Shown here piece after piece: positions 58,791-64,000 of a stretch of DNA of 64,000 nucleotides. Position 1 is the stretch's first letter. Each line of letters opens with the position of its first letter. Source of the DNA: Trichoplax sp. H2 (taxonomy: Eukaryota); contig NOWV01000250.1 of NCBI GenBank assembly GCA_003344405.1, positions 1 through 64,000 of the forward strand, given 5' to 3'. Both the position numbers and the translations under genes were made by a program. The notes beneath the pieces were generated by a model that saw nothing but the letters and a program-made list of their open reading frames with translations, ran no database searches and was not told where the DNA came from.

Positions 58791-58975
58791 ATGAGTTTAC
58801 GAAAACTAGTAGCAATATATTTTGATTAGGATAGCTTTCTATTATTTTTAGGTAAGCACTGTTTCTTAGGCATGTTTCTTATATTAAGCAATGAAATGAT
58901 CCTTCCATAACAATGAAGTTGATGAATTTACGAGAACCAGTAGCTATATATTTTGATTAGGGTAACTTTTATCAT
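58791..58975. repeat. Imperfect direct repeat, 2 copies of ~55 bp, period ~131 bp
   Basis: atgagtttacgaaaactagtagcaatatattttgattaggatagcttt (58791) versus atgaatttacgagaaccagtagctatatattttgattagggtaacttt (58922). Confidence 0.8.
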
Positions 58976-61900
58976 GCTTATCATATCTGTAAATTCTTTT
59001 ACGTACTGAAATTGCTATAGCGAATAATTAAATCTTATAGCCGTATACGCGTATAACCGTATTAGCTTATCCAGGTACCTATTAATAGCTATGAGAGTAA
59101 AGATGATTCAATAGATCTAATCTCTCTATATTAATATTCACTACATATAATCAAAATTTAGAATAAAATTTGCTGTGAATTGTTTTAAAAATTCCTTATT
59201 AACCCTAAAAACAATGATAGAATCAATCGAAAGCCTAATAAAACTTTACAAAAAGGGATTTATTTCATGTTACTCTCCTGAAATCCCTTTTACACCAATA
59301 CTTAATAATGTAACTGGAAAATTTATAAGAAATCATTTATATTTATACTAATTAAATTTATCCTAAAGTATTCAACTAATGTAATTAACTACAAATGAGG
59401 AAGGATGAACAATTTGTGTAATTAAAATTTATTATTGAAAGCTGCAAATAGCGCCCACTCTAAAGGGCCATGTGCAGCTAATTTTTCTAAAATGATCGTA
59501 CGTACTTATTTAGATGGCTGCACTTACTTTTTTAGTTACTTATCTGCGACGCTTTATTCCGAAGATCACGATTTCTATAATACCCACAGATACTAGGCAT
59601 AATTAATTTTCAAAGCCAATATTTATATATTTGCCTAGAGACGAACATTGTGATGCTATAGCATTCTTTATGGCGAAATCTTTTAAAATTAAGAAATTTA
59701 TAATCCCTACGGGTATCAGTCATAAAATTAAAACAAATATTTCATACAAATTTATCCAGATAATCCATTTTATGGCCAATATTTCGCCAATTTATATAGA
59801 TAAGATGTCATGGGTTGTATTATTCTTGCTTTATAGCATAATCTGGTATAATCATATTTATTGATAATTCTTCTAATTACTAATTCATTTTCTAGCGAAT
59901 ATTTGACACCATTATTTAAATAGAGAAAAATATGAAAGTAAAATAATTGTGGGATGAATTCATTTATATCGTGACAATTAAACCCAATGATAACAGCAAT
60001 ATTGTGGCCTTATACTGCTTGAAAATGAAATACTACCAGAACTAGTCGATTTGCATGTAACCTAATTGGTAACAACCCTATTTTTGATTAGCTCCAAAGC
60101 AGATGCTATGTACGAAATTTTGGCTGTACCCTTCCTATCTATCACATTTGTCTACATTACAACCACCGGAAAAATCAATTATCTAAAAAATTAATAAGCT
60201 TTGATATTCTTTATAGGATTTTGACAGCAACAACTGCATCTATTATGTTTTATCTATAATTCTCTTAAAAACATCTTGAACAGATCATTTATGAAAGCGA
60301 TATAGGCTCTTAAAAAAGCCGTATAATGCTAGAACATTGTGAATATTGGTTTGTCTTTATAGCACTTTCCATTTTCTGCCGTGGAAGCCAGCTGATAAAG
60401 AGCATAGCTCTATCAAATTCTTGATCGCTTAACATTTGATACTTGAATAATTGACAGTTTCTATCTGAAATTTGATTTTTATTAGCCAGAAACTTTCGTT
60501 CGAAATGATCTTGTCCAAACACATCTAGAATTGGCAATAATGATATTGGTGGCTTCAACTAATCACAATTGAGATATTCCTGTAAATATGGCAATAGTAG
60601 ATAATGAAGTATCAATGATGTGCCATAATACAGTTTGTTGCATCAAATAGAGTAATTATAGATTCATTACGTATGATAAATATTGAAGGGAAAATTTCTC
60701 AAATTAATTATTATAAACTCTAAAAATTGATCTTATTCGCCAACTAAAATCAAGTATTCCCTTTCTTTGAAAATTAGAATTATCACAACTTTATTAGATA
60801 TAATCTATAAAGTATGGGCAATCAATATAACAGGACAAAATAGAATTACTTTGCTGCTAGCATTCTTATTATAAGTGACGAAAAATCGAAACTTTAGTCC
60901 TAGGTTATTAAAGTTTCATTGTAAAAATAAAATTTACATAAAGGCCCCAAATGAAGCATAGAAAGCTACATTGCTTACCGCTCAGTGTACTAGTATCTAT
61001 TAATATCAATTTCATGAACTATCAGAATAATAAGGCATTTATTTCGCCAAGTTTTTATGTAGTTAATTAATGATATTCTATAACGTAAAGCGTCCTAATT
61101 TTACGTATAAAGTCATAGTTATAGCTATTGCAAGGTTATCAATATATTGTGAATCAAAATTCATTCATACTGAAGCCGTCGTGACTAGGAAGTTAAATAC
61201 CTATATAGAATTAGAATTTATCATAACTATGGAATAGAACTACTTATTGATGCATATTTGCTTAATAATATCATTGAACAAAATAAAACAATGCAGTAAT
61301 ATCTGATATAAATGATGCATATGATATTAACAATTATTCATGTGCCTTGGGGCTACAGTGATTTAGTAGGAAGGAAAAGTATCTAAATAATGCATTACAT
61401 ACTTTACCATTAATCTGTGAAATACTATCTCCTCGTATTTCATTAAAAAATTAGACCTTAACTGTTACATAGGCTACTCGAACCCTTAAAGGAGCTGGTT
61501 CATATTAAATATAATTCTTTATAACAATTTATGTGTATAGACAGCTTAGATAGCTTACAGTGCAATGGATATAATAATATTAAATTAAAAATTTCTAGAT
61601 CAAGAAATATTAATTTTGTGTTCTAATTACTAGGCGATAAAATAATTAAATCTTTTTATTTCTAAGTCGAGGAATAATCCAACCATATTTTTCATACTAT
61701 CAGTTTTTCTTATGTTGCCATGTATCTCAGGATAATCGTAGAAATTTATCTTCTTGCATCAAACTGATGGATAACCTCCATTGCCTTTATCAATTACAAG
61801 TTGGTATTTGCTTGTCTCAGCGATTCTTTCCTTGCTGAAAGTAAAGGAGATACAAGTCAATAGTATATCCCGTGTTGATATATGATTAATCTTGCCTGCA

Positions 61901-62554
61901 AATTATTCTCCAAATTTATACATTTTATTTACTTTCATCTTTGAAATACATATTTTAGTGTATATCATGATCCCATATAATAATTAAGGAAAATTACCGA
62001 TAAATCAAAAGATAGACTTGTTAAACTATGGTTTAATTAGATTGTATTGTAACTTTAATACATTCTTAAATATAGGCATTTAATATTGTTCTAAAATATA
62101 GATGTTTACGGTCTAATTGCACTATAGCCAAATATAGTTTATCGTTTTTAGCGTGTACAGTCTTCGCTATTTTCTAAAACTGTTTTCTACTGCAATGTTA
62201 GAAAGCAAAAACGTTAGTACTGCATATGTACAGTATAGTACGAGAAGTATAACGAGTGAGGAATCTAACAGTAATCTATTATGGTATATATTATATCTAG
62301 TACTACATTCTTCTTCTTTGCATATATCCTATCTTTAAAACTATCAATACTATCGATTTCTACCTCAGATTTCGTTAGTTGTTATAGTCACAGTATTAGT
62401 ATTGTCTCGCGTGACTTCACGATAGCTTACACGCTACTTTACCGTGACTACCACATTGTATATAATTATAATCTGCAATAAATATCCTTTTTCGGCTAAA
62501 ATCTTATTCTCCGTATAGTACTAATCCACTACCGCTAATTCATCGAACCCTTAA

Positions 62555-64000
62555 TCACATAAAAAGTATCCAATTAAAGTTAACGTCGTAACCTTGTCTT
62601 CTTTTATATGTCAAAGCTTTCCAACGCCGGAAACTCGACCTTAATAGTATTACAGGTTCAACTTCATCACTCAAAACTCTCGATGTCACTGTTTCACCAG
62701 ATTTATTGCTCCATTTGGGAAATTTGGTATGAAATACACCATGAATTTTTTCTAGTAATTGCTCGTATTCGTCTTTAAATTCTTGACTAATTTCATCGAT
62801 TATCTTTTCCATTAATTTGCTGAGCAAAGCAGCAATAACATCCAAACAATGAATATTACCTCCATAATAGACTGGTAGATTTAAACTAATGCAAACGTAT
62901 ATATTGGGTATTGGAGTACCAAAGGGAGGTGGTAATTCATTTAATAGCAAAGACAGTTCTTCATAATGGATAAATTGCGTTGCTTCTGGATCGTATTTTG
63001 CCCATGTCTCAAAAAAGGTACTGATATCTTCTTCGGATACTGTAGCTGAATCAGCATCGACGCAGTCTTGATAATTACTCAAGATTACAGCGACAAATAA
63101 ATTGATTAGTACGAACCAGGTCAATAAAATATAAGAAATAATATAAATGGTAGCTAGATGAGGGCTTCCACAGTTCCCAGTAGGCACAAAGGTTGATACT
63201 GCAGATGCTGATGTACATTTAGGTGGCTGAATAGATAATGCGTGATGAAAATCTGTCCAACCAGCAGCAGTACTAAGCTGGACGAGTATAATGCTTGTAG
63301 TTATAAAATTTTCAAAATTGAGACTTTTAGTGATGACACCGTGATATTTAACATGGTTAAAAACTGACATTCCAATGATAGCGTAAATAAATGAGACTAC
63401 TGCAATTAAAATAGCAATATTAAAGAGAGCTGGTATGGACGCAATTAATGCCATAAGCAGTCGACGCATTCCTTGAGCGTGGCGTAGTAAACGGATCATT
63501 CGCACAATTCGAAATATTCTTATAGCTCGTATAATGGCCGGACTAACTCGAAATGTAACAGATGGCAAGTTGCTTAAGACAATTCCTGTAATGGAAGCCA
63601 ATACTATAAGTAGATCAAAAATATTCCATATATCTTTGAAGAAGTAGATACGAAATGCCAATAACTTCAAGATGCATTCTAGTGTGTAGAAGCATGTAAA
63701 ACCATAATTGAGAATATCTGCAATCGACAGCGCGTCAAGAAAAATAATGCAACGAAATCTTATTCAAATTACAAACTGGATTGCTATGTAAACTTCATAT
63801 GAGATGATTTAACTTAAGCGATACTTAATAGAAATACTTGTAATGAGACGTAATTCACTACGAAATAGTTATAGAAAGGATATTTAAGACTTGGGTAATC
63901 AACGCCGATTGTTGGTAATGGATGAACATCATGGCTACTATGTTCAATACAACGACGGTCATGGAGAACAGTTCATACTTCTTATTAAGGAATATAGATA
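62555..64000 (-). CDS. Second voltage-gated sodium channel family paralog, 3' part only (domain IV and C-terminus); exons 62555-63717 and 63884->64000
   Basis: DIV S1 reads YELFSMTVVVLNIVAMMFIHY, S4 IIRAIRIFRIVRMIRLLRHAQGMRRLL, pore LVQLSTAAGWTD and S6 FVLINLFVAVILSNY, followed by [16 protein letters not shown]. Clearly paralogous to the channel at 41159-55778. Confidence 0.93.
63718..63883 (-). other. U12-type intron with AT-AG termini in channel 2, domain IV S1-S2
   Basis: 5' site ATATCCTT at 63883-63876, branch-like TTCTTGAC at 63741-63734, and 3' ...TTGCAG. Removal joins ITQVL-N-ILNYGFTCFY in frame, at the same position and phase as the AT-AC intron of channel 1. Confidence 0.82.

Noticed and set aside
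60310..60558. 82-aa ORF in the inter-channel spacer
   Set aside because: It has a non-ATG start, no recognisable domain and no convincing flanking exons.

Overview
AT-rich eukaryotic (animal) genomic DNA with compact multi-exon genes and short introns. The gene content, intron size and tandem Nav2-type channels suggest an early-branching metazoan such as a placozoan; this is an inference and was not verified. In order, the window holds: a ZP-domain membrane protein (+), a catalytically dead myotubularin-related protein (-), stomatin-like protein 2 (-), an ODF3/SHIPPO-repeat ciliary protein (+), a near-complete ATR kinase (-), a complete four-domain voltage-gated sodium-channel-family gene with a DEEA (Nav2-type) filter (-), and the 3' end of a second, divergent tandem channel paralog (-). 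Unexpected observations: (1) minor-spliceosome (U12-type) introns in both channel genes, including an AT-AC intron in one paralog whose counterpart in the other is AT-AG; (2) a missing outer gating charge in the domain I S4 segment; (3) intergenic blocks of decayed coding sequence, including a recognisable Smr nuclease-domain relic, interspersed with self-inverting ACAGT/ACTGT pentamer palindromes. All translations and splice calls were made by eye.
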